DNA from: Schizosaccharomyces osmophilus | Lineage: Eukaryota | Assembly: GCF_027921745.1 (NCBI RefSeq) | Contig: NC_079238.1 | Coordinates: 4,526,001-4,590,000, forward strand | DNA: 64,000 nucleotides | Direction: 5' to 3' | Part shown: piece after piece, positions 21,288 to 31,261 of the stretch | How the letters are laid out: each line of letters starts with the position of its first letter | Position numbering within the stretch: the stretch's first letter is position 1 | The notes under the pieces: model-generated | What the model was told of the DNA's origin: nothing | Seen by the model: the letters and a program-made list of their open reading frames with translations, nothing else | Database searches by the model: none | Translations under genes and position numbers: made by a program

Positions 21288-23024
21288 ATGACCGCGAAAT
21301 CTTCTTTTGGTCAAATGTGCTCGAATTGCCATAGCACCGCGACCTCTTTATGGAGGCGTGGTCCTGATAATTCTTTGCTTTGTAACGCCTGCGGTTTATA
21401 CCAAAAGCACCGAAATCAGGCCCGTCCTATAAAGGCGGAAGAACTGCAGAAGGATACACCTCCTGTTGCCAAACAGATTTGCACAAATGGAACCTGTTCT
21501 GGAGACGGTTATTGCGATGGAACAGGTGGAAGTGCTTCTTGTACTGGTTGTCCTGCCTTAAATAATCGTTTGAAAAGCATTAGTTCGAAATCGAGTAAGC
21601 TTGATCGTTCTAGCCTGTCGCCCAAGCCCGACTCCTCCGTCATCAGTAAAGAGTCCGAGACCTCTAACAGTGAAGATGAACAGAAATCTAAGTCCCCAGA
21701 ATCCGGGATCTCTTTAAAGTCTGAAGGTAATAAACGCCGTGCAAGCGAGCAATTGGAAGGACCGACTCTGGTTGCTGCTAGCGAGTTGGGCGCTACATGC
21801 TGTCAGAATTGTGGTACTACCAATACTCCCCTTTGGCGGAGAGACGAGTTAGGTAATCCAATTTGTAATGCATGCGGTCTTTATTACAAGATTCATGGCA
21901 TACACCGTCCTGTGACCATGAAGAAAGCTATTATCAAGCGAAGGAAACGTATCGTCATGCACAACAACCATAATGTAACTTCACAGTCTTCTAAACAGGC
22001 TGCTTCGCAAGCCACCGATGCACATAAACATGCCAAAAGCTCGTCACCAAAAGAAACCTTAATGGTCAAGCCCATGAATGGCGATGAATCCAATAATATC
22101 CACAGAGTATCCGATAAACCCATTGATTATGGTTCTCCCGCTAATGCTTTACTCAACCCTGCTGGTTCTTTTCATCATCCCGCTTATCCACCCAATGGGT
22201 ACAGCGGAATATTGCCTCCCGTAGTTAATTCATCTCCTTTATTGACACTATCAAGACTTGCTGCAGGTGAGCCTGATACGAATAACCAATATCTTTATGC
22301 TTACAATAAAGTTCCGGAAGCTGCTCACTCTTTGGGAGTTCCGCCTGAGACTCAAACCGATAGTTCATTGAACTTGGCAAATAACATCGTCAACAGAACA
22401 ATCGGCGAGATTCCTCAAAATGCACGACCAGTTTATTCTTCCCCACTTCCTCCAATGAACGTTAGTCCTCCTTTTAATAAACTTACGGGCTCACCATTAC
22501 CCGTCGGTGAAGTGAACGGAAAAGAACCTGTAAAGCAGGAAAATAGTGTTTTGAACAAAAAATGGCATCTTCCTCCAATTCTTCCTGTAGGTGAATCCGT
22601 GAATTTACCCAGTCGTGAACAGAAAAAACCAAAAATTACGGAAGGCATTGCTTCTCTGCTAAATCCTGAAGAACCGTCGGGTTATTCAAATTCCGGACAC
22701 ACTAAAGTTGTGGATGAAAAGCTGAAAATAGCTCCTTTGCAAACCAATCAAGCTTCCAGTTCTTTGCTTTTGAATGCACCTCCTTCACCATTACAATTTC
22801 CTCCGGAATTACAAGCATCCCCTGTTGACCAACGACAGTATGCTTTAAATGTGCTTTCTGAGCTTCGTTCCAAACATGATAGTATGGTGCAAGAACTGTC
22901 TAATATAAACTATACTATGGTAAAGATTGACACGTGGTTACGCTCATCTAATGTGAATGAATTGGTTACGAATGGCACACCAGTCGCGAATCCTTCCGTA
23001 AACTCTGGTGTACTGCAGACCTAA
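21288..23024 (+). CDS. fep1: Iron-sensing GATA transcriptional repressor
   Basis: Two GATA zinc fingers (CSNC..LWRR..CNACG; CQNC..TPLWRR..CNACG) flank a Cys-rich iron-binding segment (GTCSGDGYCDGTGGSASCTGCP). First true ATG at 21288. Confidence 0.96.
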   Translation: MTAKSSFGQMCSNCHSTATSLWRRGPDNSLLCNACGLYQKHRNQARPIKAEELQKDTPPVAKQICTNGTCSGDGYCDGTGGSASCTGCPALNNRLKSISSKSSKLDRSSLSPKPDSSVISKESETSNSEDEQKSKSPESGISLKSEGNKRRASEQLEGPTLVAASELGATCCQNCGTTNTPLWRRDELGNPICNACGLYYKIHGIHRPVTMKKAIIKRRKRIVMHNNHNVTSQSSKQAASQATDAHKHAKSSSPKETLMVKPMNGDESNNIHRVSDKPIDYGSPANALLNPAGSFHHPAYPPNGYSGILPPVVNSSPLLTLSRLAAGEPDTNNQYLYAYNKVPEAAHSLGVPPETQTDSSLNLANNIVNRTIGEIPQNARPVYSSPLPPMNVSPPFNKLTGSPLPVGEVNGKEPVKQENSVLNKKWHLPPILPVGESVNLPSREQKKPKITEGIASLLNPEEPSGYSNSGHTKVVDEKLKIAPLQTNQASSSLLLNAPPSPLQFPPELQASPVDQRQYALNVLSELRSKHDSMVQELSNINYTMVKIDTWLRSSNVNELVTNGTPVANPSVNSGVLQT

Positions 23025-23411
23025 AAGCATAACGACCGGAGTAAATATTCGCTTTGGAATCTTCACATGTATAGTAAAACAACGGGTTTGTTTTTGAATG
23101 CTTTTTGTCCTTATTTTAAGGTTACAAAAACATTGAACTTTTGGCTATGGTTTTTTAATATTTGTTAATAATTTTAATATTACGAACTTAACGGGTTAAT
23201 ATAGTTGTTCGCATTAGTAAACTAAAGTAATTCTAGTACTCACTCATAGGAATATTAAAGACAATGTTGTAGAGCCAGCGTCTGAGACTATAGCTTTCTG
23301 ACTTAGACTAACACAACTCTTTAGTTTTCTAAATCAACGATGTATTGTTATAATTATGCGTATAATATACATATATATATATAGCATTTATTTTAAGATT
23401 CTTTCAACAAG

Positions 23412-23483
23412 AGTCTCGTGTTCTAGTGGTATGATTTCTGCTTCACACGCAGAAGGTCCCGGGTTCGATCCCCGGCGGGACTA
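23412..23483 (+). tRNA. tRNA-Val(CAC)
   Basis: Acceptor stem AGTCTCG/CGGGACT, anticodon arm TCTGC-TTCACAC-GCAGA, T-arm GGTTCGATCC, downstream T-run terminator. Confidence 0.95.
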
Positions 23484-23846
23484 TGCTTTTTCACTATTTA
23501 TTTATTTTTAATAAAATATAATGGAAAACTCCTAGCAGACATTGTCTTGTTTGTTTTTATGAACCGAATCAGTTCCCATATACTTCATTGCTTATAAGTG
23601 AAAATTGAATGTTACTGCTGGTTAACGTAAGGATAGCAATTTCTAGCGAATTCGGTCAAACAATTCTAATTCATTATCTAAAGTACATATCATAAGCTAA
23701 ATTAAATATTCAATATACATATGCGATACATATACAATTCTATATATTCTTTTTCTTTTCTTTTTTTCTGAAAGAACCCCAAAATTAGGCAGAATGCTAT
23801 TCAAGACTTTCAATACAATTTGTGATTCACTTGAAAAAAGTAAGCC

Positions 23847-26800
23847 TTAATTAAGAGCATTGCCGCCAGAATCTGAAGAACCGCCGTCATCACGGTATTC
23901 TTCGTCGCTGCCCTCAGCACTATGAGAGCCATCATCTTCATCAACTATATTTTTTTGTTCGGCTTCTTCTCTTTGAGCCAATATGTAGAGTCGAGTTTCG
24001 TCTTCCGGTATAGGCTCATCACGAGCTTTTGCTGTATGATCATTTCGAATTTGTTCGGCGCGTAGCTCATACTCTTTGGCTAATTGTTGATAACGCATAT
24101 TTTTTCCAGCATAAGCTTCTCGGCGAGCTGCAATCTCCTCAACCCATGGTTTTTTACCTAAATCATCCAACTGCCGCCATGATTTTCCTAGTTTTGCACG
24201 AATTTCGTTTATAGTAGCTTTAGCTTCGCTATCACCAGTAAGTTTTTTCTTTTCATCATCAGCAAGTGCTCGGCATACATGCCACTGCATTTTTTGATAC
24301 AACAAAAACGGATTTGCACTTGGTTTAATTGGAGGCTCAGGTATATAGCCTAATAGCTCGGTAACCAACAGCTCACTTTCTTCTTTATGTTCATCCAGTC
24401 GCTCCTGCCGTTTGAGACGATATCTAGCGCGATAGGAAAGATGTCGCTGAACTTCAACATCTGTGTCATAATGTTTCGTAGTTGTTCGTTGCATATACTC
24501 TTCAAGCTCATTACGAGCTGTTTCTCCCATCACAGGTAGTGTAAGTCCGAGTTGTGCCAAATCATTAATTATTTCTGTACATACAGAAATGCCTGCCAAA
24601 TACGACTTTGACATTGATGAACCGGAAAGTGCAGATTGCAAATAATCTCCTGCAAAGTGAAGGCATCCCAAACTAAAAGAACCACTTTTTTGAATAACAC
24701 CAGAGTCAGAAAGATTGCTTTTTTGAACAAACAGTCCGTCCATAGGATTGCCATTGGACCAATTTATTTCCCAACAATCCAGAAGCTCAGCAGAATCGTT
24801 CGCTTGGTCAGCAAAATGGTCCATTAACCAGGAGTTCAATATTTGAATTAGCGACGCGCCTTCATTTCCAGGACCAACGGCAGTTTCCATTACATCAGCT
24901 ATTAGAATAGGTTGTTCTGTTATTGGAAACATATTCCATACCCTAGATACCGGCATGGAATTTCCAGTAGCAGAAAAACTTAGATCGCCTTCAATATTAT
25001 CATACAAAGGTAGTACACCAAATGACCGTATATCTTTTTTCCAAAAAGCTTTCGAATACCTCAGGATTAACTAAAAATATTAGTAAAAAAACCATTATGA
25101 AACATAAATTTTGACGTACCTTTCTTCCGGAAGCATATTGAGTACTCTTCAGGTTATCAAGTATTTGAGACGGAAGAGGCGGCTGTATATTGATTTCGGA
25201 GGTAAGACGATACGGTGAACAAGCCATCACCACATGATCAGCCTCGTAAACGCTAGAGTCCGTACAATGCACATAGCATTTGGAGATTTCATTTTTTATT
25301 TCACAGACACTTTTTCCATATTGTATATTTAATGGATACGGGTAGGACTGTAGGGCCCAGCTTAATTGGGAAAGTCCGTTTTTCACCACTCTGGGTGTCG
25401 AACTTCCTAAATCAAAGTTCCAATCAGAATTACTTTTCGAAGCGTGCAAAATGTCATCCGCGTGATCTGAAATCAAAGACCACGTCAAGAATTGTTTTTC
25501 ATCTAATGCCAACTTCAAATAAGAGGAAATTTTCTGGATCAAAAATATGAGGATTTCCTTAAAAGACAAGTGTGGCATATATTCAGTAGTAAATGGACCA
25601 GGCTCATGGTTTGGACAAATCTCATCAAGAAATGACTGAAAATTTTGAAAAAATTGATTACTGGAAGTCATGTCGGAAGATTCATTCGTCAGTAAAGAAG
25701 CAAGGTGCAAAAGCCTCGTCCATAAAGCCCCCAGCCGCTTTGAATTAGTAATATCAAACATTTTATTGTCTTGCTCATTGTGTAAAAGATCGACCCCGTC
25801 CAAGGGAAATGTTTGTAGACCAAGCTGTTGTTCTATAAGGGTAAATAAAACGTTGTCCGATCCAGAAGTTAAAAACTGGAAACCAAAATCCATCGCTTCT
25901 GAAATGTTGGGCAAATCGTGCATAGCATCCTGGTCGGTGAAGGATGCATTAGCAGGAGGAGTGACGCGGCTATAAATTCGGCCACCAGTTCTTTGCTTAC
26001 TTTCTAATAAAATAATCTTGGGAATGGATTCCGCTTTAGAAGAAAATGAAGAAGTAAACTGAGTAAAGAGAGACGTCAGGTGCCTAGCACAAGCAAGACC
26101 TGTAAGGCCCGCACCTACAACAACAATGGTTTTTTGTTTCTCCTGCGGCGAAGGAGATGTGTTTTGAATATTGGGGGTAACGATCGACTCAAAAGACAAA
26201 CATCCGTAATTAATGTATCCATATCTTACAAGAAACTCATAAGCCAAAATAGCCAAAGGAAACAAACATCTATCGGCACAAACGCCTTGAGCCTCAACCT
26301 TGGAAATAGGAAGAGTAGGATTTCTACGCCATAACCAACAGATTGAATTCCGAACTTGTAAGTAATGAAACAAAACTAATGAATCCTGTAGCCTATCAGA
26401 TAACATTTGTTTTTCGAAAGGTTCCAAAGCAGCTGGATTCAAGTTGCATAGTTTTGCAGCTTCGTAAGCCATTCTATAAAAAGATTTCAAAGAACTGACG
26501 GGGACGCTGGCACCAGCCATGGGGGTCGTATGAGATGACATTTGACTAGACCACTCTAGCAGGGACCTAGGGTGCTCTAGGGTAGACGTTTGATCGTGGG
26601 GTGTCGCAAACTCGGTAGGCTCAAAAAAAGTAGCAGAAGCCATTGGTGAGGTACTAGGAGCGGATGGGATGACTGGAAAAGAGGAAGCAGCCGGTGAGAT
26701 ATTGTTGTTCACAGGTGCAGACGGCATGGCAGCAGAATCCATGTCAACATGTTTGGATAAATCGGCTGTAGAAAGGAGCTGTGAAGGAAGAAACGTATCA

Positions 26801-27528
26801 GCAGTTCGGTACGGGTAAGGGCGCACAGAAGGTGCCACTTGATCTCTATAAGTGGATAAAAGTTGCTGAGTAGAAACATGTGAAGGGTCTAAAGAGTATG
26901 GAAGATTCGGAAATGAATTTGGGGTATTAGCAAATGATTGATTTGGATGCAAAGGGATTGACGCAGCATCATCTGGAGCTGCTGAGCGTTGGGCAAATGT
27001 ATTGGGAAATTGGGCAGAGGCGGCAGGATTTTGTTCCAGCAACTGAGCAAAATGGTTTTGCTTTTGAGATGGAAGAGCTGAAGACAATTGAGGAGGTAAT
27101 CCTATAGAAGAAAGATTCGACTGCTGAGAGGGCGTAGATGGAGTGGAACCCATCATCGGTTGAGGAAAAGGTTGTGTCGGATGTTGGTTCATCAAATAAG
27201 GTTGAAACGGCGGATCATATCTTCCTTGCACGAAGTTTGGATTATAGCCAGGCCATGAAGTATTCAGCATGTTCCCCGAAGGAACATTTAAACTGCCATC
27301 GGAACGATAAACATTTCGTTGATACCCATTTGGATTTGGATTATTTGTATTCATCTGTTGTAAGCCACCTCCTAAAATAGCAAGTAAAGCCTGTTCACTG
27401 CTTGCAAGCTGCGACTGTGAAGAATTGGCATTGTTTGACGAGTCAAAACTGGAGGGCGCAACATGTTCACCATCTGTCATCTGCTGAAAGTCATATCGGT
27501 TACTCTGATTGTTCTCATTGCCGTTCAT
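23847..27528 (-). CDS. lsd2: SWIRM / amine-oxidase / HMG-box histone demethylase, 2 exons
   Basis: SWIRM end (YEFLVRYGYINYG), FAD-binding VVGAGLTGLACAR, LHFAGD and a C-terminal HMG-like box (PSANPFLLYQ...LGKSWRQL). Intron ~25119-25071. Located between fep1 and ste7. Confidence 0.9.
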
Positions 27529-28319
27529 GAGTTGACACTAAATAAAAAAAGGGGAAACCGAAAGAGATGGCAAAGGTCGTGTCTTGGAAGTCGGTCTTTT
27601 GGTGTTTACATTGGATTAGGCGGTGAGCTGAATCTTCGTCTATTCTATATAACGAGGCGGAAGGGCTGTATCCTATATGATGCAAATTATTAATTTGGCT
27701 TGGTGTTGTATAATATCGTATTAAGAGATGACAATGATTTGTTTACAGAAGATTCTCCACCAAAAAAAGTATAGAAAAAGCATGCTTGACTCAGGCAGGA
27801 GAGATGTTGGGAAAAAAGCTTCAGAAAATGAAAAGTATGGAAACGTTAGGAGAAATTGCACAGGATATAAGAGGTGTGCTGGCTCTTTGAACGCAAGCTA
27901 AGACAATGGAATGCATCTACAAGAAGGATGGTTTAGGAATTTGCAAGATAAGTAGCAGGGGAAAGATGGTATACAATAGAAAAAGTACATTACACAACAG
28001 AGAATAAGGAAAATTTTTTAATTATAAAACAGTTTATAGGAACCATCAAAATTAGGGATTAAGAAAATATGAAATGATTAAAAGCATTCCCTTCGACAGA
28101 CAATAGAACAAAAGGTAGTAGATATAGATGCAAGTATATGTATGTATATGTATATGTACACGTAGATACACATCAATATATGTTATAGACAGTAATAAAA
28201 AGTGGCATTTATCAATCATTGAGCCATTTGAAAGAACAAGAATCTCCGTCCACACAAAGAAATGAATCCATAAAGGAAGCACTCCCAAAAGAAGAATCAC
28301 AAAAGTGAACCGCTCACAA

Positions 28320-29954
28320 CTAGAGCGATTGCAAAACTTGGTTGATTAAAACGTCAAACTCTTTGGCATAATCCATGTTGAGTTCGCGTGAATCCTTAGC
28401 CGGATGAAAGTCGATTGCTGCCTTTTCGGATAGAGTGGAAGAAGGGCTGACAGTGCAATCGGAGGCAAGACAGACTTCTGGGGATAAAGAATGAAGAGAA
28501 GAGGTTCTTTGAGTGCCGACAGAAGCGGGAGAAGAAGAGGTGTGTTCCTGGACAAAATGATCATCCATCTGAAAAATGGTAGAGTTCTTTCGAGGAGGAA
28601 AGACGTCGTCGGTTTGATCGAGCATGGGATCATTATTTTCTGGTAAAAGAGAGCTTTCGGCGATATCAGCACCCAAGTCGTCTTCTTCCAAGTGGATGCT
28701 TAGCTTTTCACCGGGGGCAAGGGTGGCAAACGCGTTGGGTTGACCGGCGATGGGAACGGGATCGGAGGGAGAAACGGGAGGAAAGTCTTTATGGAAAGAA
28801 GAGGCGGAGTTGGGAGCAAAGGATGGGGGAGGACTGGCAAATGGAACTTGTCTTTGTGAATAGCTTGCGGAGGGAGAGGTGTAAGAGCGAAGGCCGGTCT
28901 TGCTGAGGATAGGAGGGGTAGTGGAGTAAGAGTAGAAAGAAGAAGTGGTGGGAGCCGCAGAGGGAGGAGCCTCATAAGGGTATGGGAGAGAAGGGGCGAC
29001 ATGGGGAGGCGGCGGGGTGCCAGAGGGAAAAGGATGAGGACGAGGGGAGGAGTAGGCAGAGTGGGTGGCAGCAAAGTCGAAACTGGGAGAAATAGGAGGG
29101 TTGGAAGCAAGGGAAGAAGAGTTTTGAGGGTGGTAGTAGGAGGGAGGGAAATGGACAGGAGGACTGTTGGGAGACGTAGGGTATCTTTCGGAGAAGAGAG
29201 AGGACAAGGGAGCGGTGGGAGCAATGGAAAGGAAAGGAGGTTGGGGGGCGGCGGAAGGAGGAGCAGAGGTGGAAGAGGAAGAAGAAGTGGAAGAGGTGGA
29301 ATACTGGGAGGCATGATTGGGGGTGAGATGGGCAAAAGGAAGTTGAGGGTTTAAAGAAGGACGGCGAAAGGTGGAAGAGGCGCTGTTGGCTAGGGTGGGA
29401 AGAGAAGAAGGTGAAGAAGGGGAAGCAGGAGTCAAAGGAGTAGGACGGAAGGAAAGGGAGGCGCTATCCAAATTTGGTAGAGTTGAGGGGACGGAATGGA
29501 TGGGAGCCATAATGACTTCGGCCTTGCAACTTTGAGAAGAGCTAAGAAAAGCATATCGTTTTTGGATGCTTGCTTTCAGCATGTAACGAATATTGACCAT
29601 GGAGTCGTTGGATTTGGAGCAAGGAAGAGAGCCGAGGGACTTTGCGGGAAAGCGGAATTGAAAGTCGACGGCATGGGACTTGGCAGAAGGGCCTGCGGGA
29701 ATGGAAACGGGAAAAGAATGGGAAAAGATTTCCGTAGTTTCGTCGCTATCGGATGGAGAGTTAGCGATGGTAGGGTGTTTGTGGGAAGAAGGAGAAGAAA
29801 GAAACCCATGGTGGTAGACGGCATATCCTTTGACACGAAGGGTGATTTGAAAGGAACGGGGAGAAGAAGCCGTGTTTGTTTCAAAACACACTTTACCGGT
29901 AACGGGTTCTTGAAAGGTAAAGGAAGGATGATCCAGAACGATTTCTATAAACAT
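28320..29954 (-). CDS. ste7: Arrestin-N-domain, Pro/Ser-rich mating/meiosis protein
   Basis: Arrestin-like N-terminus (FQFRFP...LPCS...IRYMLKASI), long P/S-rich tail with a PPSY motif, upstream TR boxes, synteny. Confidence 0.8.
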   Translation of the reverse strand: MFIEIVLDHPSFTFQEPVTGKVCFETNTASSPRSFQITLRVKGYAVYHHGFLSSPSSHKHPTIANSPSDSDETTEIFSHSFPVSIPAGPSAKSHAVDFQFRFPAKSLGSLPCSKSNDSMVNIRYMLKASIQKRYAFLSSSQSCKAEVIMAPIHSVPSTLPNLDSASLSFRPTPLTPASPSSPSSLPTLANSASSTFRRPSLNPQLPFAHLTPNHASQYSTSSTSSSSSTSAPPSAAPQPPFLSIAPTAPLSSLFSERYPTSPNSPPVHFPPSYYHPQNSSSLASNPPISPSFDFAATHSAYSSPRPHPFPSGTPPPPHVAPSLPYPYEAPPSAAPTTSSFYSYSTTPPILSKTGLRSYTSPSASYSQRQVPFASPPPSFAPNSASSFHKDFPPVSPSDPVPIAGQPNAFATLAPGEKLSIHLEEDDLGADIAESSLLPENNDPMLDQTDDVFPPRKNSTIFQMDDHFVQEHTSSSPASVGTQRTSSLHSLSPEVCLASDCTVSPSSTLSEKAAIDFHPAKDSRELNMDYAKEFDVLINQVLQSL

Positions 29955-29978
29955 AGAGCAAAACCACCTAAATCACCA

Positions 29979-30100
29979 AAACGGGAAACGGGAAACGGGA
30001 AACTGGTAAAAGAGACTAAGAGACTAAGAGACTAAGAGACTAAGAGACAAAAGACAAAAGACAAAAGACAAGAGACAAGAGACAAGAGACAAGAGACAAG
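29979..30100. repeat. Compound microsatellite in the ste7 5' region
   Basis: (AAACGGG)x3, then (TAAGAGAC)x4, (AAAAGAC)x3 and (AAGAGAC)x4. Confidence 0.9.
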
Positions 30101-30478
30101 CGCTTTGAATACAAAAACCCAAGACAAAAACGCAAACGCAAGTAAAAAAATAATTCTATTCCTTACGTCTATACGTAGACAAAATAATCCTCCAAAAGTA
30201 AAATCACTCTTAGATTGAAAGAGAGACACACACACAAAAAAATTCAAGAATTAAAAAAGAAAAAAAAAAGAAAAGAAAAAACCAAGGGACAATCCAAGAT
30301 GTTTTTTACAAACCAACCAAAAGAAAACACACTCACACACACACAAGAAAAAGGGAGAAAGCTTTTTTAATTCGTTTTTCTTGTAAAGGTAAAGGCAAAA
30401 CCAAAAACAAGCAGGAGCAAAACAAGCAGGAGCAAATCGAGGGAACGATCCATCGTTTCTTTTTATGATTGCTTGATA

Positions 30479-30552
30479 GAACAAAGAACTTGCATTTCCC
30501 CATAAGCATGGAAGAAACAAGGCATTTCATTGGAATTCGGCCAACAAAGAAA
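30479..30552 (-). promoter_or_regulatory. Two Ste11 TR boxes upstream of ste7
   Basis: TTCTTTGTTC (30488-30479) and TTTCTTTGTT (30552-30543) on the ste7 strand. Confidence 0.7.
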
Positions 30553-30857
30553 TCCAAGCTTTTATCTCGAATGCGGAGGGGTCCGCGGATACGGACTCGC
30601 GTCTTTTTCAATCATGACATGACGCATTGGCGTACACAAAAGAAAGAGGAGAAGGAGGGGCAAAGATGGCTTTGCTATACGAAAGACGAAAGACGAAAGA
30701 GAGCTCAGATAGGGTTCCTTGCTGGCGGTGAGGTGTTTCGGGTCTAAGAAGGTCCGAAAGAGTGTTGCTTTTGTTTCAAGGAGGAGAAGGAAGAAGTATC
30801 TTTTTTGTTTCTTTCTTTTCCTTCTAGTTGTACCATTTTATGAAACAAAAAAGCAGT

Positions 30858-30900
30858 TAAACAGTAAAACAGTAAAACAGTAAAACAGTAAAACAGTAAA
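30858..30900. repeat. (AAAACAGT)n tandem repeat
   Basis: About 5 units of taaaacag. Confidence 0.9.
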
Positions 30901-31261
30901 GCAAGAAAATTCTTTTTTCTTCTCTTTCAATCTAGAGGTCTCTCCCTTTGTCATGCATCAACCTCATCACTTGCCATCGCTAGATTCATTATCCATCACC
31001 CTTTATGTCAAACCTCATTCTACACAATCACCACTCCCTCTTTCACTTTCTTTAAAAACCAAAAACTCTTTTATTGATCCTAACCGATGGATGAATTCCA
31101 ATTCTCCATCCTATTATTGCTATATTCATTAAGAAAACTATGATGAATACTAAATTTAGACTATGAATAACAATAAGGATCAGAATTGAAAGTAAAAGTA
31201 GAATTAGAATTAGAATTGATATTAAATTATTAAAAATTAATAAAAAATAAAAAATTCCCAA

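Noticed and set aside
28700..30035. Long Pro/Leu-rich and Arg/Gly-rich alternative-frame and antisense ORFs over ste7
   Set aside because: By-products of extreme C/T skew, which removes stop codons from other frames.
29979..30100. Repeat array as a CRISPR-like or telomeric array
   Set aside because: Units are 7-8 bp head-to-tail with no spacers, in a eukaryotic context; it is a simple microsatellite.
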